Positions 1 through 9,919 of a stretch of 64,000 bases of DNA are shown in pieces (positions within the stretch are counted from its first letter, which is position 1; each line of letters opens with the position of its first letter). The notes beneath the pieces were generated by a model, which saw nothing but the letters and a program-made list of their open reading frames with translations, had not been told where the DNA came from and did no database searches. The translations under genes were made by a program, and so were the position numbers. The stretch spans positions 210,276 through 274,275 of the forward strand of contig CAZAYU010000001.1 in the NCBI GenBank assembly GCA_964489445.1, read 5' to 3'. The DNA is from an uncultured Planctomycetia bacterium. GTDB taxonomy: Bacteria > Omnitrophota > Gorgyraeia > Duberdicusellales > 4484-171.

Positions 1-1060
1 ACGAACCAGCAGGAACACATGATACAAAATGCTCCTCGAGCAATTTTGCCGAAAAGTCAAAAGAACTTAGTCCTGTTGGACGAATATCACAAAACATATA
101 AAATGTACCTTGCGCCTTCAACGGAATTATTCTGGCACATTCTGATATTTTATTCCAAAACAAATCACGACGTTTTTGAAACTGGTCTTTTACCTCTAAT
201 TGCCACTGCTTATTATTGATTGCCTCCAATGCAGCATACTGAGATATTGAAGAAGCACAAGAAGTTGTATGGTCAAGTAACTTAGAGACTGCATCAATCA
301 CATTTAAAGGAGCTGTTAAGTACCCTACTCGCCAGCCAGTCATAGAAAATGTCTTTGAAACTCCGTTAACCGTAACAGTCTGCCTCTCTGCCCCGGGAAA
401 CGAAGCAAAGCTAACATGTTTTTTCCCGTCATAAACTAATGCTTCATATATTTCATCACTTAACACAATAATCTGTTTATCCTTAATAACATCATAAATT
501 GCTTTCAACTCTTCACTAGAATAATTAACACCTGTAGGATTGCAAGGGTAGTTTAGAATAAGTACCTTAGTTTTAGAAGTAACCGCCTCACTTAATAGTT
601 GCGGGGTCAATTTGAAGTTATTTTGGCTATTTAATCCAATAAATACCGGCCTTGCTGCAGTAAGCTTTACCATCTCCGGATAACTAACCCAATATGGTTC
701 TGGAATAATTACTTCATCTCCTGGGCCCAGTAAAGATAGCAACACAGAAAAAATAGCATACTTTGCTCCAGAAGTAACTAATACTTGCTCCGCAGAAACA
801 CTTATATGGTTCTCGTTAGAAAATTTTGCGGCAATTGCCGATCTTAACTCCGGCAATCCTAAGGAAGGAGTATACTTAGTGAAACCATTTTTTATCGCCT
901 TAAACGCTGCCTCTTTTATAAATTCCGGAGTATCAAAATCAGGCTCTCCGGCGGCAAAGTTAACTACGTCTTTCCCTTCTCGTATTAACTTTTTAGTTAA
1001 CGCAGTCACCTTTAGAGTGGCTGATCGTTTTAACGAATCAACAAGATGATTGACCATCAT
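1..1060 (-). CDS. Class I PLP-dependent (aspartate-type) aminotransferase; N-terminal ~353 codons only, gene runs off window start
   Basis: Minus-strand ORF opens at ATG (rc of 1058-1060) MMVNHLVDSLKRSATLKVTALTKK... and has no stop before position 1 (so it is absent from the ORF track). Motifs AAGEPDFDTP, NYPCNPTG, SKTFSMTGWRVGY (PLP-lysine) align end-to-end with Thermus-type AspAT. Confidence 0.85.
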   Translation of the reverse strand, partial: MMVNHLVDSLKRSATLKVTALTKKLIREGKDVVNFAAGEPDFDTPEFIKEAAFKAIKNGFTKYTPSLGLPELRSAIAAKFSNENHISVSAEQVLVTSGAKYAIFSVLLSLLGPGDEVIIPEPYWVSYPEMVKLTAARPVFIGLNSQNNFKLTPQLLSEAVTSKTKVLILNYPCNPTGVNYSSEELKAIYDVIKDKQIIVLSDEIYEALVYDGKKHVSFASFPGAERQTVTVNGVSKTFSMTGWRVGYLTAPLNVIDAVSKLLDHTTSCASSISQYAALEAINNKQWQLEVKDQFQKRRDLFWNKISECARIIPLKAQGTFYMFCDIRPTGLSSFDFSAKLLEEHFVSCVPAGS

Positions 1061-1120
1061 TCGAGTACTAATTTACACAATTATTGAATTAATTATCTGC
1101 TTCTTTTGCTAGGTTACCCT

Positions 1121-1612
1121 TTACTTCTTCTTTTTTGCAGGCAGCTTTTTTTTATTATCCGCAGATACTTTTTCTTTTTTATGCGCAGATACTTTTGCCT
1201 TCGCTTTCAAAGACTTTTTTTCTTTTCCGCTTGGTTTGGCAATCGCAATATCTTTGGCTGCTACAGTCAACTCCACTAAGGAAGTAGACGCTCCATCACC
1301 TTTACGTTGCCCCAAGCGTAAAGTTCTGGTGTATCCGCCTTGGATACCGGAAAATCGATGAGCAATATCATCAAATAGTTTGTTAACTAAAGTATGGCTT
1401 CCTAATGTACGATATGCAAGACGACGACGGGCTAACCCTCCCTTTTTACCCAAGGTAATTATTCTGTCTACCTTAGCTTTTATATACTTGGCTTTGGGTG
1501 TGGTCGTAACTATCCGTTCACTAATTAGCACTGCCCTGATTAACGCTTTAATCAGTGCTTTTCGTTGTGCCCGGGGACGTGAAAATTTTTCGCTTTTTTT
1601 TCTATGCCTCAT
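1121..1612 (-). CDS. rplQ: 50S ribosomal protein L17 with ~40-aa Lys/Ala-rich C-terminal tail
   Basis: 163 aa, MRHRKKSEKFSRPRAQRKALIKAL... L17 core then AKPSGKEKKSLKAKAKVSAHKKEKVSADNKKKLPAKKKK; directly downstream of rpoA as in alpha operon. Confidence 0.95.
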   Translation of the reverse strand: MRHRKKSEKFSRPRAQRKALIKALIRAVLISERIVTTTPKAKYIKAKVDRIITLGKKGGLARRRLAYRTLGSHTLVNKLFDDIAHRFSGIQGGYTRTLRLGQRKGDGASTSLVELTVAAKDIAIAKPSGKEKKSLKAKAKVSAHKKEKVSADNKKKLPAKKKK

Positions 1613-2598
1613 ATTCTATCTAGTTTCTCCTTATCTATTTTCATTCCAAAGCTAAGACCCATTGTTTTTAGCAACGCTGCAACTTCATCTAATGACTTTT
1701 TCCCAAAATTTCGATAAGCAAGTATTTCCGGCTCTGTTTGAACTACTAATTCCGCTAACGTTTTAATATTTGCTTCTCTTAAGCAATTATTACTGCGCAC
1801 GGTCAGCTCCAACTCTGAAACAGGAATCTTTAACTTTTCATAAAGAGAGGACTCCTCAGGTGTTAACTCTTCATATTCCTCTTCTGGTAATTCACCCAGT
1901 GTAAAAAACAATTCAAGATGTTTATTCATTGCTTTTGCGGCATAGATTAATGCTTCCTTAGGTTCAATACTAGCATTAGTAAAAATGTCTAGTATCAATT
2001 TATCGTAATCTGTTCGCTTTCCTACACGAGTATTCTCTACCTGGAAAGAAACTCGTTTCACAGGAGTAAAAATTGAATCTACGGCGATTACCCCTAAAGG
2101 CATATCTTCTCGTTTGTTAGCTTCAGCGGCAACAAACCCTCTACCCCTGCCCACTTCCATTTCAATATATAATTTTGCTTTTTTAGAAGTTAATGTTGCA
2201 ATATGTAAGTCGGGATTTACCACTTCAATTGTTTCATCAGTCACTACGTCTTTGGCTTTTATTTCTTTTTCGCCTTCGCCTTTGATATAAATTTTTTTTG
2301 GCGAACGTGAATACGCTCTTAGCACTAAATTCTTAATGTTTAGGATTATTTCTGGAACATCTTCCAGGACACCTTCAATGGTCGAAAACTCATGAGCTAC
2401 ACTTTCAATTTTTATTGAAGTGACCGCTGCCCCCTCTATTGAGGACAAAAGCACCCTCCTTAAAGCATTACCCAACGTTACGCCATAGCCTCTTTCTAAA
2501 GGCTCTGCAACAATTCGTCCATAATTAGGATTGTAAGATTCTTGTTCTACTATTACTCTTTTTGGAAATTGAAAATCTCTCCAGGTTATACCCATCAT
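1609..2598 (-). CDS. rpoA: DNA-directed RNA polymerase subunit alpha
   Basis: 329 aa; N-terminal dimerisation and C-terminal domain signatures, S11-S4-rpoA-L17 order. Confidence 0.96.
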   Translation of the reverse strand: MMGITWRDFQFPKRVIVEQESYNPNYGRIVAEPLERGYGVTLGNALRRVLLSSIEGAAVTSIKIESVAHEFSTIEGVLEDVPEIILNIKNLVLRAYSRSPKKIYIKGEGEKEIKAKDVVTDETIEVVNPDLHIATLTSKKAKLYIEMEVGRGRGFVAAEANKREDMPLGVIAVDSIFTPVKRVSFQVENTRVGKRTDYDKLILDIFTNASIEPKEALIYAAKAMNKHLELFFTLGELPEEEYEELTPEESSLYEKLKIPVSELELTVRSNNCLREANIKTLAELVVQTEPEILAYRNFGKKSLDEVAALLKTMGLSFGMKIDKEKLDRI

Positions 2599-2657
2599 TT
2601 ACCTCCTCATGAAACCTTAAATATTGTCAAAATAAAAACAATAAGTTAAAAAGTTAC

Positions 2658-3290
2658 TTATTTAGAATAAAGCTCAACGATTAGCTGTTCATCAACAGCA
2701 ATAGACAAGTCGTCTTTTTCCGGCAAACGCACAATATCTATCTGAAAGAGTGAATTATCTACTTTTATCCAAGATGGAACACTACGCTCTTTAGCGCAAG
2801 CTTCCATGCTCTCTCTTAAATTTTGTAATAAACCATCTTTCCCTTTTATTGTAATCGATTGCCCCTCATCTACAATAAAAGAAGGAATATCCACCCTACG
2901 GTTATTAACATATACAAAGCCATGACGCACTACTTGCCTTGCTTGGTTGCGAGAAAATGCAAATAAGGAACGATACACTACGTTATCCAAGCGCCGCTCT
3001 AAACGTTGAATCAACACCTTACCTGTTGCTTCTCGAGACTTACTAGCAATAGAAAAAAAACGTTTAAACTGTTTCTCTAACATTCCATACATTCTCTTAA
3101 CTTTTTGTTTCTCCTGTAACTGCAATGCGTAGTAAGTAGGCTTTGATTTTCTTCTGGCTGGTTTTGCTCCTGGAGGAGTAGGCCGTTTAGAAAAGGAACA
3201 TTTTTCAGTAATACATCTTACCCCTTTTATAGAAAGCTTCATGCCCGCTCTTCGACATAACCTGCATTTTGCTCCTGTATATCTTCCCAT
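2658..3290 (-). CDS. rpsD: 30S ribosomal protein S4 (zinc-ribbon type)
   Basis: 210 aa; MGRYTGAKCRLCRRAGMKLSIKGVRCITEKC with Cys4 N-terminal motif; S4 RNA-binding domain. Confidence 0.96.
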   Translation of the reverse strand: MGRYTGAKCRLCRRAGMKLSIKGVRCITEKCSFSKRPTPPGAKPARRKSKPTYYALQLQEKQKVKRMYGMLEKQFKRFFSIASKSREATGKVLIQRLERRLDNVVYRSLFAFSRNQARQVVRHGFVYVNNRRVDIPSFIVDEGQSITIKGKDGLLQNLRESMEACAKERSVPSWIKVDNSLFQIDIVRLPEKDDLSIAVDEQLIVELYSK

Positions 3291-3401
3291 CTTTATCCTC
3301 TCTTTTGTTTTTCTATGTTTTTGTATATACTTTTACACATCAGCAACCAGCTCTCAACTGTATCCAATTTTATTGGATTACTATTAGCTACTAAACACAA
3401 A

Positions 3402-3794
3402 TCACACTCTTCTTTTCTTTTTTGGCCGACAGCCATTATGAGGAGAAGGTGTAATATCTTTTATTTTCTTAACGCTTAAGCCTGCAGCCTGCAAAGATCT
3501 AATGGCCGCTTCTCGCCCCGGACCCGGCCCCTTAACTAAAACTTCTAATTCCTTGAGACCAATATCCCTAACCCGTTTTGCCACATTAAACGACGCCATT
3601 TGCGCTGCATAAGGAGTAGATTTTTTAGCTCCTTTGAAACCAACCCCTCCAGCAGAAGCCCAAGACAACACGTTCCCGTTTAAATCAGTAATTGATATTA
3701 TTGTATTATTAAATGTTGCTTTTATATGTGCAACACCGACATTCGATGTTAACTGTATCTTTTTTTTCTTCTCTTTTCTTTTCTTTTTAGCCAT
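3402..3794 (-). CDS. rpsK: 30S ribosomal protein S11
   Basis: 130 aa; K-rich N-terminus, C-terminal ...[13 protein letters not shown] typical of S11. Confidence 0.96.
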   Translation of the reverse strand: MAKKKRKEKKKKIQLTSNVGVAHIKATFNNTIISITDLNGNVLSWASAGGVGFKGAKKSTPYAAQMASFNVAKRVRDIGLKELEVLVKGPGPGREAAIRSLQAAGLSVKKIKDITPSPHNGCRPKKKRRV

Positions 3795-3867
3795 TATTAA
3801 TGCTCCTTATAGGTATATATCTTTTAAACCAAATACTAACATAATACTCAATATAATATTTAAGTAT

Positions 3868-4236
3868 CTACCGTTTAATACCGCCAACTCTCGGTTTAGG
3901 ACCTTTACGTGTTCGCGCGTTACAACGTGTACGTTGCCCTCTTACCGGAAGCCCTTTTTTATGACGAAAACCACGATAGGAACTAATTTCAATTAACCTC
4001 CTGATATTTTGGGAAACCTCTCTTCTTAGTTCTCCTTCAATGCGATAGGTTGACTGAATGTGCGAAGCAATTTTGGATACCTCTTCTTCATTCAACTCTC
4101 CGGCTTTCCTTTCTGGATCAATCCCCACATCGCTGAGAACCTTAAGCGCAATTTTTGGACCAACTCCATATATATATCTTAATGATATTCTAATCTTTTT
4201 CTTTTTCGGTATATCTACACCAAAGATCCTAGGCAT
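3868..4236 (-). CDS. rpsM: 30S ribosomal protein S13
   Basis: 122 aa; MPRIFGVDIPKKKKIRISLRYIYGVG... S13 signature, C-terminal basic tail. Confidence 0.96.
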   Translation of the reverse strand: MPRIFGVDIPKKKKIRISLRYIYGVGPKIALKVLSDVGIDPERKAGELNEEEVSKIASHIQSTYRIEGELRREVSQNIRRLIEISSYRGFRHKKGLPVRGQRTRCNARTRKGPKPRVGGIKR

Positions 4237-4292
4237 TTTCCTCTCCTCTAATTATTTTTACCTTTAAAACAAACTTCCTATTTTATACTTTT

Positions 4293-4406
4293 CTACCCTT
4301 GTCTCTGTTTATGTTTAGGGTTTTTACAAATAACACGCACCACACGCTTTCGTTTTATTATCTTACATTTATCACAAATTTTTTTAACTGATGCTTTGAC
4401 TTTCAT
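4293..4406 (-). CDS. rpmJ: 50S ribosomal protein L36 (zinc type)
   Basis: 37-aa ORF below the 60-aa cutoff of the ORF track: rc of 4293-4406 = [37 protein letters not shown] (CxxC...C..H); lies between rpsM and infA as expected. Confidence 0.9.
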   Translation of the reverse strand: MKVKASVKKICDKCKIIKRKRVVRVICKNPKHKQRQG

Positions 4407-4475
4407 TTTTACCTATTTTCTTACTCGCGCTCATTAATCACTATTCTATTATCCCTAATAAAACATTCCTTAAGA

Positions 4476-4694
4476 TTACTTCTGCCTATAAGTTATCCTT
4501 CCTCTTGACAAATCATAAGGCGAAAGCTCTAGTTTCACTTTATCTCCCGGTAGAATTCTGATAAAATGCATCCGCATTTTTCCCGAAACATGGGCTAAAA
4601 CAACATGCCCATTTTCTAATTTTACTCTAAACCTCGCATTGGGTAGAGCTTCTGTTATCTCACCTTCAACAGCAATCAATTCTTCTTTAGCCAT
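4476..4694 (-). CDS. infA: Translation initiation factor IF-1
   Basis: 72 aa; [41 protein letters not shown]... S1-like OB fold, near-identical to bacterial IF-1. Confidence 0.97.
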   Translation of the reverse strand: MAKEELIAVEGEITEALPNARFRVKLENGHVVLAHVSGKMRMHFIRILPGDKVKLELSPYDLSRGRITYRQK

Positions 4695-4721
4695 TTTTTT
4701 CTATTTTCCCCATATTTACCA

Positions 4722-5477
4722 TCACGCAACTTCTGTTAGCACTACTGGTCCATTATCGGTTATCGCTACTGTATGTTCAAAATGAGCCGCTTTTGTATTG
4801 TCTCTAGTTTTAACTGTCCATCCATCTTCTAGAATATCTACTTCACTACCGCCTGCCGAAACCATCGGTTCAATTGCAATCGCATAGCCACTTTCTAATT
4901 CCATTCCTCCGCCCCGAATACCAAAATTAGGTATTTCTGGCGGCAGATGTAATTGTCGACCTACTCCATGCCCAACAAACTTACGAATAATCGAAAACCC
5001 GTTCTGCTCAGCAACTTGCTGAACAGTAAAGCCTATATCTCCCACCTTTGCCCCTGGTTTAACTTGGCATATTCCCTTGTTAAGCGAATCAAGAGTAACC
5101 TCTACTAACTTTTTGGCACCCTGAGAAGGCTCTCCGACAATATAAGTATAGGCAGTATCCACAAATAGCCCTTTATATTTAATTCCTAAATCAACACTCA
5201 CAACATCTCCATCTTTAATTACTCTTTGAGCGGGAATACCATGTATTACTTCTTCGTTAACTGATACGCAACAAGATGCCGGATAGCCAGAAAACCCTTT
5301 AAACGCTGCATCCATTCCCGGATATCGTTCTAAACTTTCCTGAAAAAACAACTCAATATCTTTGGTAAAAATTCCTGGCTTAAGCAATGCTTTTATTTTC
5401 TGCAAAACTTCAGCCGCAACCTTACCAGCTTCGCGCATTATTTTTATCTCGTTGACCCCTAACGGTTCTGGAGGCAT
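4722..5477 (-). CDS. map: Methionine aminopeptidase type I
   Basis: 251 aa; pita-bread fold motifs (VDTAYTY, HGVGRQLH, ESGYAIAIEPM); secY-adk-map-infA order. Confidence 0.95.
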   Translation of the reverse strand: MPPEPLGVNEIKIMREAGKVAAEVLQKIKALLKPGIFTKDIELFFQESLERYPGMDAAFKGFSGYPASCCVSVNEEVIHGIPAQRVIKDGDVVSVDLGIKYKGLFVDTAYTYIVGEPSQGAKKLVEVTLDSLNKGICQVKPGAKVGDIGFTVQQVAEQNGFSIIRKFVGHGVGRQLHLPPEIPNFGIRGGGMELESGYAIAIEPMVSAGGSEVDILEDGWTVKTRDNTKAAHFEHTVAITDNGPVVLTEVA

Positions 5478-6100
5478 ATTTTCTCCTTTACTATAGCCAG
5501 CACTTCACTTGCATCGCCCTCAGCATTAACCTCTACTAAATTATTTTTACCACGATAAAAATCTAATACCTGCTTACTTTCTGCAGAAAAAACATCCCAG
5601 CGCTTTTTGATTACTTCTGTGTGGTCATCTTTTCTTTGTGTTAGTTGTCCACCACAAGAATCACACAATCCTTCTTTTTTAGATGGCATATTTGTTAAAT
5701 GATAATTAACTCCACAATCAGAACAAACTCGTCTTTGCGAAAGACGGTCAATTACCATTTGTGAACCTACAACAAAATGGATACACATATCTAATTCTTT
5801 TTGCTGCTTCTTTAAAATATCATCCAGTTTTTCCGCCTGTTGTAAATTTCGAGGATACCCATCTAATAAAAATCCGGAACTATTTAAATTTTGTTCAATA
5901 ATTCTTGCCACTAACTCATCAGGAGCAAGAGCCCCTTTGTCCATATAATTTTTTACCTCTTTACCTAGTAATGTTTCTGCTTTAACTTCCTTCCTCAAAA
6001 GATCACCTAATGAAATTTTTTTCACAGAAAGAAATTCGCTAATTTTATCAGCCTGAGTCCCTTTTCCTGACCCGGGTGCACCAAACAATACTACATTCAT
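5459..6100 (-). CDS. adk: Adenylate kinase with Zn-binding lid
   Basis: 213 aa; P-loop FGAPGSGKGTQ; lid CSDCG...CDSCG (Cys4). Confidence 0.96.
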   Translation of the reverse strand: MNVVLFGAPGSGKGTQADKISEFLSVKKISLGDLLRKEVKAETLLGKEVKNYMDKGALAPDELVARIIEQNLNSSGFLLDGYPRNLQQAEKLDDILKKQQKELDMCIHFVVGSQMVIDRLSQRRVCSDCGVNYHLTNMPSKKEGLCDSCGGQLTQRKDDHTEVIKKRWDVFSAESKQVLDFYRGKNNLVEVNAEGDASEVLAIVKEKICLQNR

Positions 6101-6101
6101 T

Positions 6102-7457
6102 TTATTTTCTCCCCTTCAAACTTCCGCCTTTTATGAACCCATCATAATGACGGATTAGTAACTGTCCTTCAATCTGCTTCATGGTGTCTAGAATCACCCC
6201 CACCATGATTAATAGTGTAGTCCCTCCAAACAAAGAAGCAAGAGCATACGAAGGAACTTTAAAAGCGTACATGACAAAATTTGGAAAAGTAGCTATCACA
6301 CTAATATACAAAGCTCCAATAAACACAATTCTTGTAGCAACAAAATCAAGATAATTAGCAGTAGGTTTCCCTGGACGGATTCCAGGAACAAAGCCACCAT
6401 ATTTTTTTAAGTTATTAGATATCTCTATTGGATTAAATACCATGGCTGTATAGAAATACATGAAAAACATTATCAAGCAAACAAAAACTAAATTATACCA
6501 TAGCCCTCGCTGCTGGATAACGCTCTGTAAAAAACTAACAAATCTTATACTACGAGGTAAGAACATGGCTATCGTTGCCGGAAAAGAAATAACACTACTA
6601 GCAAAAATTATTGCAATTACTCCGGACATATCTACTTTTATAGGTAAATACGTACTCTGCCCTCCGTATACTTTTCGGCCGACAACCCTCCTTCCATACT
6701 GAATGGGAATTCTTCTCTGAGCCTGAGTAAAAAATACTACTGCCGCAATCATCAACAGCAGTAAAATAATTAAAGTTAATACTACTGGTGTAGCAATTTG
6801 CCGTTGAGAAGCATCAAAAGGAGAATATAGCACCCATAGCTGTCTCACTGAAGAAGGAATACGAGAAATTATGCTGGCTGTAATTATTATCGATATTCCA
6901 TTACCTATGCCGCGCTCCTGTATCTGCTCCCCCAACCACATAATAAAAACCGTTCCGCAAGTTAAAGTTAATACTGTTATAAATTTAAACAGCAACCCAG
7001 GATTAGGAACAATGACAATGCCTTGAAAATTATTGGGGTTTTCCAGCCAAATTGCTAAAAATAATCCTTGGATAATACATAAAACAAATGTGAAGTAACG
7101 TGTGTACTGGTTGATTTTCTCGTATCCAGCTTTTCCTTCTTTCGCAATACGTTCTAAAGTCGGAACAACAGCAGTAAGCAACTGCATAATAATCGAGGCA
7201 GAAATATAAGGCATAATCCCTAAAGCAAAGATACTCATCCTTGTCAAAGCACCTCCGGTAAACATATTTATCATCCCCAATATAGTTTGCCCTTGAGCCT
7301 TAGATATCTTATCGAAAAATTGAGTCAAAGCAAAGGTATCCACTCCAGCAGTAGGAATAAAGCATCCAGAACGATATACCACTAATAAAGACAAAGTGAT
7401 AATTATTTTTTTCCGTAACTCCTCAACTTTGAATATATTTACTATCGATTCAAACAT
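6102..7457 (-). CDS. secY: Preprotein translocase subunit SecY
   Basis: 451 aa polytopic membrane protein; position between rplO and adk. Confidence 0.96.
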   Translation of the reverse strand: MFESIVNIFKVEELRKKIIITLSLLVVYRSGCFIPTAGVDTFALTQFFDKISKAQGQTILGMINMFTGGALTRMSIFALGIMPYISASIIMQLLTAVVPTLERIAKEGKAGYEKINQYTRYFTFVLCIIQGLFLAIWLENPNNFQGIVIVPNPGLLFKFITVLTLTCGTVFIMWLGEQIQERGIGNGISIIITASIISRIPSSVRQLWVLYSPFDASQRQIATPVVLTLIILLLLMIAAVVFFTQAQRRIPIQYGRRVVGRKVYGGQSTYLPIKVDMSGVIAIIFASSVISFPATIAMFLPRSIRFVSFLQSVIQQRGLWYNLVFVCLIMFFMYFYTAMVFNPIEISNNLKKYGGFVPGIRPGKPTANYLDFVATRIVFIGALYISVIATFPNFVMYAFKVPSYALASLFGGTTLLIMVGVILDTMKQIEGQLLIRHYDGFIKGGSLKGRK

Positions 7458-7891
7458 TCTGCAAGGCCTCCGGCAGATTCAATTGATTCTTTCGCTTTCT
7501 TAGAAAACTTATCCGCTTTAATCGTTAGCTTTTCCGTAAACGCGGTTTTTGCCGCAAGAATTTTAATTAGTTTATGCGGATTCTTTATTAAATTACTTTT
7601 CGTTAGAATTTCAGGAGTAATATCCTTGATTCCCTGTATCCTTTCCTGGATATCGCTTAAACTAACTATCTGGTAATCCTTTGTGCAAGGAGAAGTAAAC
7701 CCTCTCTTGGGGATAACTCTTGCGTAAGGCAACGCTCCTCCCCTAAATCCTGCATAGGGAAGTGCCTTCCCTTTTCTCTGGCCAGCACCTTTATGCCCTC
7801 TGCCTGATGTTTTGCCTTTTCCGCTTCCAGACCCTCTTCCTAAACGTTTTGCTTTCCGCACACTTTTAATGCTAATATCTGATAAATTCAT
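7442..7891 (-). CDS. rplO: 50S ribosomal protein L15
   Basis: 149 aa; Gly/Arg-rich N-terminus GRGSGSGKGKTSGRGHKG typical of L15. Confidence 0.95.
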   Translation of the reverse strand: MNLSDISIKSVRKAKRLGRGSGSGKGKTSGRGHKGAGQRKGKALPYAGFRGGALPYARVIPKRGFTSPCTKDYQIVSLSDIQERIQGIKDITPEILTKSNLIKNPHKLIKILAAKTAFTEKLTIKADKFSKKAKESIESAGGLAECLNR

Positions 7892-7892
7892 A

Positions 7893-8360
7893 TTATCCTT
7901 TTAAACTTTTTAAACCTTCAAACGTAGCTTTAACCACATTAATCGGATTAGTAGAGTTACCTATATTTTTTGTTAGGATATCCTTAATTCCTGCACACTC
8001 ACAAATAGCCCTTACTGGCGAAGAAGCAATTACTCCCGTACCTCGAGAAGCTGGCTTCAGCAAAATATCCACAGCACCAAACTTACCAATCACTCTATGA
8101 GGTATTGTAGCCCCTTTCTTTTTTATCAGCAATAATTGCTTTTTTGCCTGACTTATGCCCTTTCTTATCGCATCAGCGACTTCATTTGCCTTGCCCAAAG
8201 AAAAACCGGCACTCGAGCTACCATCACCAACAACTACCAATGCTGAAAAACACAAATTTTTCCCGCCTTTAGTAACTTTTGTGGTCCTGTTGATCGATAA
8301 AACCTTTTCTAAAAAGGCCTGTTCTTTACCCCCGTCAGACTTCTTTTTATTTTCATTCAA
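7893..8360 (-). CDS. rpsE: 30S ribosomal protein S5
   Basis: 155 aa; S5 dsRBD plus C-terminal domain; ends 1 nt before rplO start (no room for L30). Confidence 0.96.
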   Translation of the reverse strand: MNENKKKSDGGKEQAFLEKVLSINRTTKVTKGGKNLCFSALVVVGDGSSSAGFSLGKANEVADAIRKGISQAKKQLLLIKKKGATIPHRVIGKFGAVDILLKPASRGTGVIASSPVRAICECAGIKDILTKNIGNSTNPINVVKATFEGLKSLKG

Positions 8361-8710
8361 AATTTTATTCCTCCTTCTCTAAGCCCTTCGGCTAAACTTC
8401 TTATTCTTCCGTGGTATTTATATCCGCCACGGTCAAAGGAAACGCTTTTAATGCCTAGTTTCAACAAGTTATCTGCTGCAATCTTACCCATTTCCTTCGC
8501 CCCTTGTTTGTCGGTAGGCCTAATTTTTTTTATTTTAAATTGTTCTCCCTGGGTTGAGCAACCAAACAAAGTTTGAGATTCCTGATCATTAATTGCTTGA
8601 AGTGAAATATGCTTTTTGCTTCTAAACACAACCAAACGGGGAGATATCGCATTCCCTTTGATTTTCTTAGTGATCCTTCTATGTCTTCTGTATCTATTTT
8701 CTTTTTTCAT
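8357..8710 (-). CDS. rplR: 50S ribosomal protein L18
   Basis: 117 aa; [19 protein letters not shown]... L18 signature. Confidence 0.95.
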   Translation of the reverse strand: MKKENRYRRHRRITKKIKGNAISPRLVVFRSKKHISLQAINDQESQTLFGCSTQGEQFKIKKIRPTDKQGAKEMGKIAADNLLKLGIKSVSFDRGGYKYHGRIRSLAEGLREGGIKF

Positions 8711-9246
8711 TTCGCTAACGCCTTTCCTAATTTCCTTCGAACTTCTTCACCTAAATATCTAATTCCTTTCCCTTTATACGGCTCAGGAGGATAATTTCTC
8801 CTTACCTTGGCGGCAAATTCGCCAACTTCCTGTTTGTTAATTCCTTCAACGACAATACGTGTGGGGCTAGGCACAGTGACTTTAAGGCTTTCTGGGATAT
8901 GCATCTCTACTGGGTGGGAAAACCCAATATTCAACACAAGATCTTTTCCTTTTAACTGTGCTTTATATCCAACACCTATCAGCTCTAATTCTTTCTTGAA
9001 ACCATCAGTCACCCCATCAATCATATTACTGATCAACACCCGAATTGTTCCGTGAAGACTCCGAAATTGCTTCGTATCATCATCACGAGAAACACTAAGG
9101 ACATTTTCTTCTAGTTTAACGCTTATCCCTTTAGGAATCTCTAGCCTTAGCATTCCCTTCTTGCCTACACAAACTATTAAACCTGGTTCAATAGTTATTT
9201 TAACCTCTTTCGGTATCGCTATTGGTTGTTTTCCGATTCTTGACAT
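8707..9246 (-). CDS. rplF: 50S ribosomal protein L6
   Basis: 179 aa; MSRIGKQPIAIPKEVKITIE... duplicated L6 alpha-beta domain. Confidence 0.96.
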   Translation of the reverse strand: MSRIGKQPIAIPKEVKITIEPGLIVCVGKKGMLRLEIPKGISVKLEENVLSVSRDDDTKQFRSLHGTIRVLISNMIDGVTDGFKKELELIGVGYKAQLKGKDLVLNIGFSHPVEMHIPESLKVTVPSPTRIVVEGINKQEVGEFAAKVRRNYPPEPYKGKGIRYLGEEVRRKLGKALAK

Positions 9247-9262
9247 TTAAATTATTCCTTAT

Positions 9263-9658
9263 TTACCAAACCATCCCAATAATTTCCCCACCAATTCCTT
9301 TATCTTTTGCTTGTTGACCAGTCAGCAATCCTACTGATGTAGAAACAATGGTGACTCCGTATCCACCTAAGGCCACAGGAATTTCGTTTATTTTTCGATA
9401 AACTCTTCTTCCTGGTCGAGAAACTCTTTTAATTTGGGTAATTAAGCTTTTTTTCTTATCGTACTTTAAATACACTTTGATAGCTTTAAATTTGCCCAAA
9501 TCAACTTCTTTAAAGTTTTCAATATACCCTTCTGCTTTTAAAATTGAAACAATCTCCACAATTGACCCAGAAAAAGGTAACACTGCGTCCTCTTTTCTAG
9601 TGCTAGCCGCATTACGAATAATTGTGAACGCATCGCCGATTATATCTGTTCTACTCAT
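9263..9658 (-). CDS. rpsH: 30S ribosomal protein S8
   Basis: 131 aa; MSRTDIIGDAFTIIRNA... S8 signature. Confidence 0.96.
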   Translation of the reverse strand: MSRTDIIGDAFTIIRNAASTRKEDAVLPFSGSIVEIVSILKAEGYIENFKEVDLGKFKAIKVYLKYDKKKSLITQIKRVSRPGRRVYRKINEIPVALGGYGVTIVSTSVGLLTGQQAKDKGIGGEIIGMVW

Positions 9659-9670
9659 CTTCGTCTCCTT

Positions 9671-9692
9671 ATACCCAATTTAAGATGGGTAT
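9671..9692 (-). other. 7-bp stem hairpin in rpsN-rpsH spacer abutting the S8 Shine-Dalgarno
   Basis: ATACCCA-ATTTAAGA-TGGGTAT; minus-strand RNA places hairpin immediately 5' of AAGGAGA-ATG of rpsH. Confidence 0.5.
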
Positions 9693-9715
9693 TTTTCTAT
9701 CCTTATTTTGGCTAT

Positions 9716-9910
9716 TCACCAACTAGCTTTTTTTACTCCGGGTAATAATCCTTGCCAAGCTAATTCCCGAAAACAAATTCTACACAGCTCAAAATCACGC
9801 ATATATCCTCTGGGTCTTCCACAAAGGCGGCAACGGTTTTTATAGCGAGTAGAAAACTTTACTTTATTTTTTTCTTTCTTCCATTTTTCAATTTTTGCAG
9901 TAGTTGCCAT
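9716..9910 (-). CDS. rpsN: 30S ribosomal protein S14 type Z (zinc-binding short form)
   Basis: 64 aa; [20 protein letters not shown] (CxxC-x12-CxxC). Confidence 0.95.
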   Translation of the reverse strand: MATTAKIEKWKKEKNKVKFSTRYKNRCRLCGRPRGYMRDFELCRICFRELAWQGLLPGVKKASW

Positions 9911-9919
9911 GAAATAATC

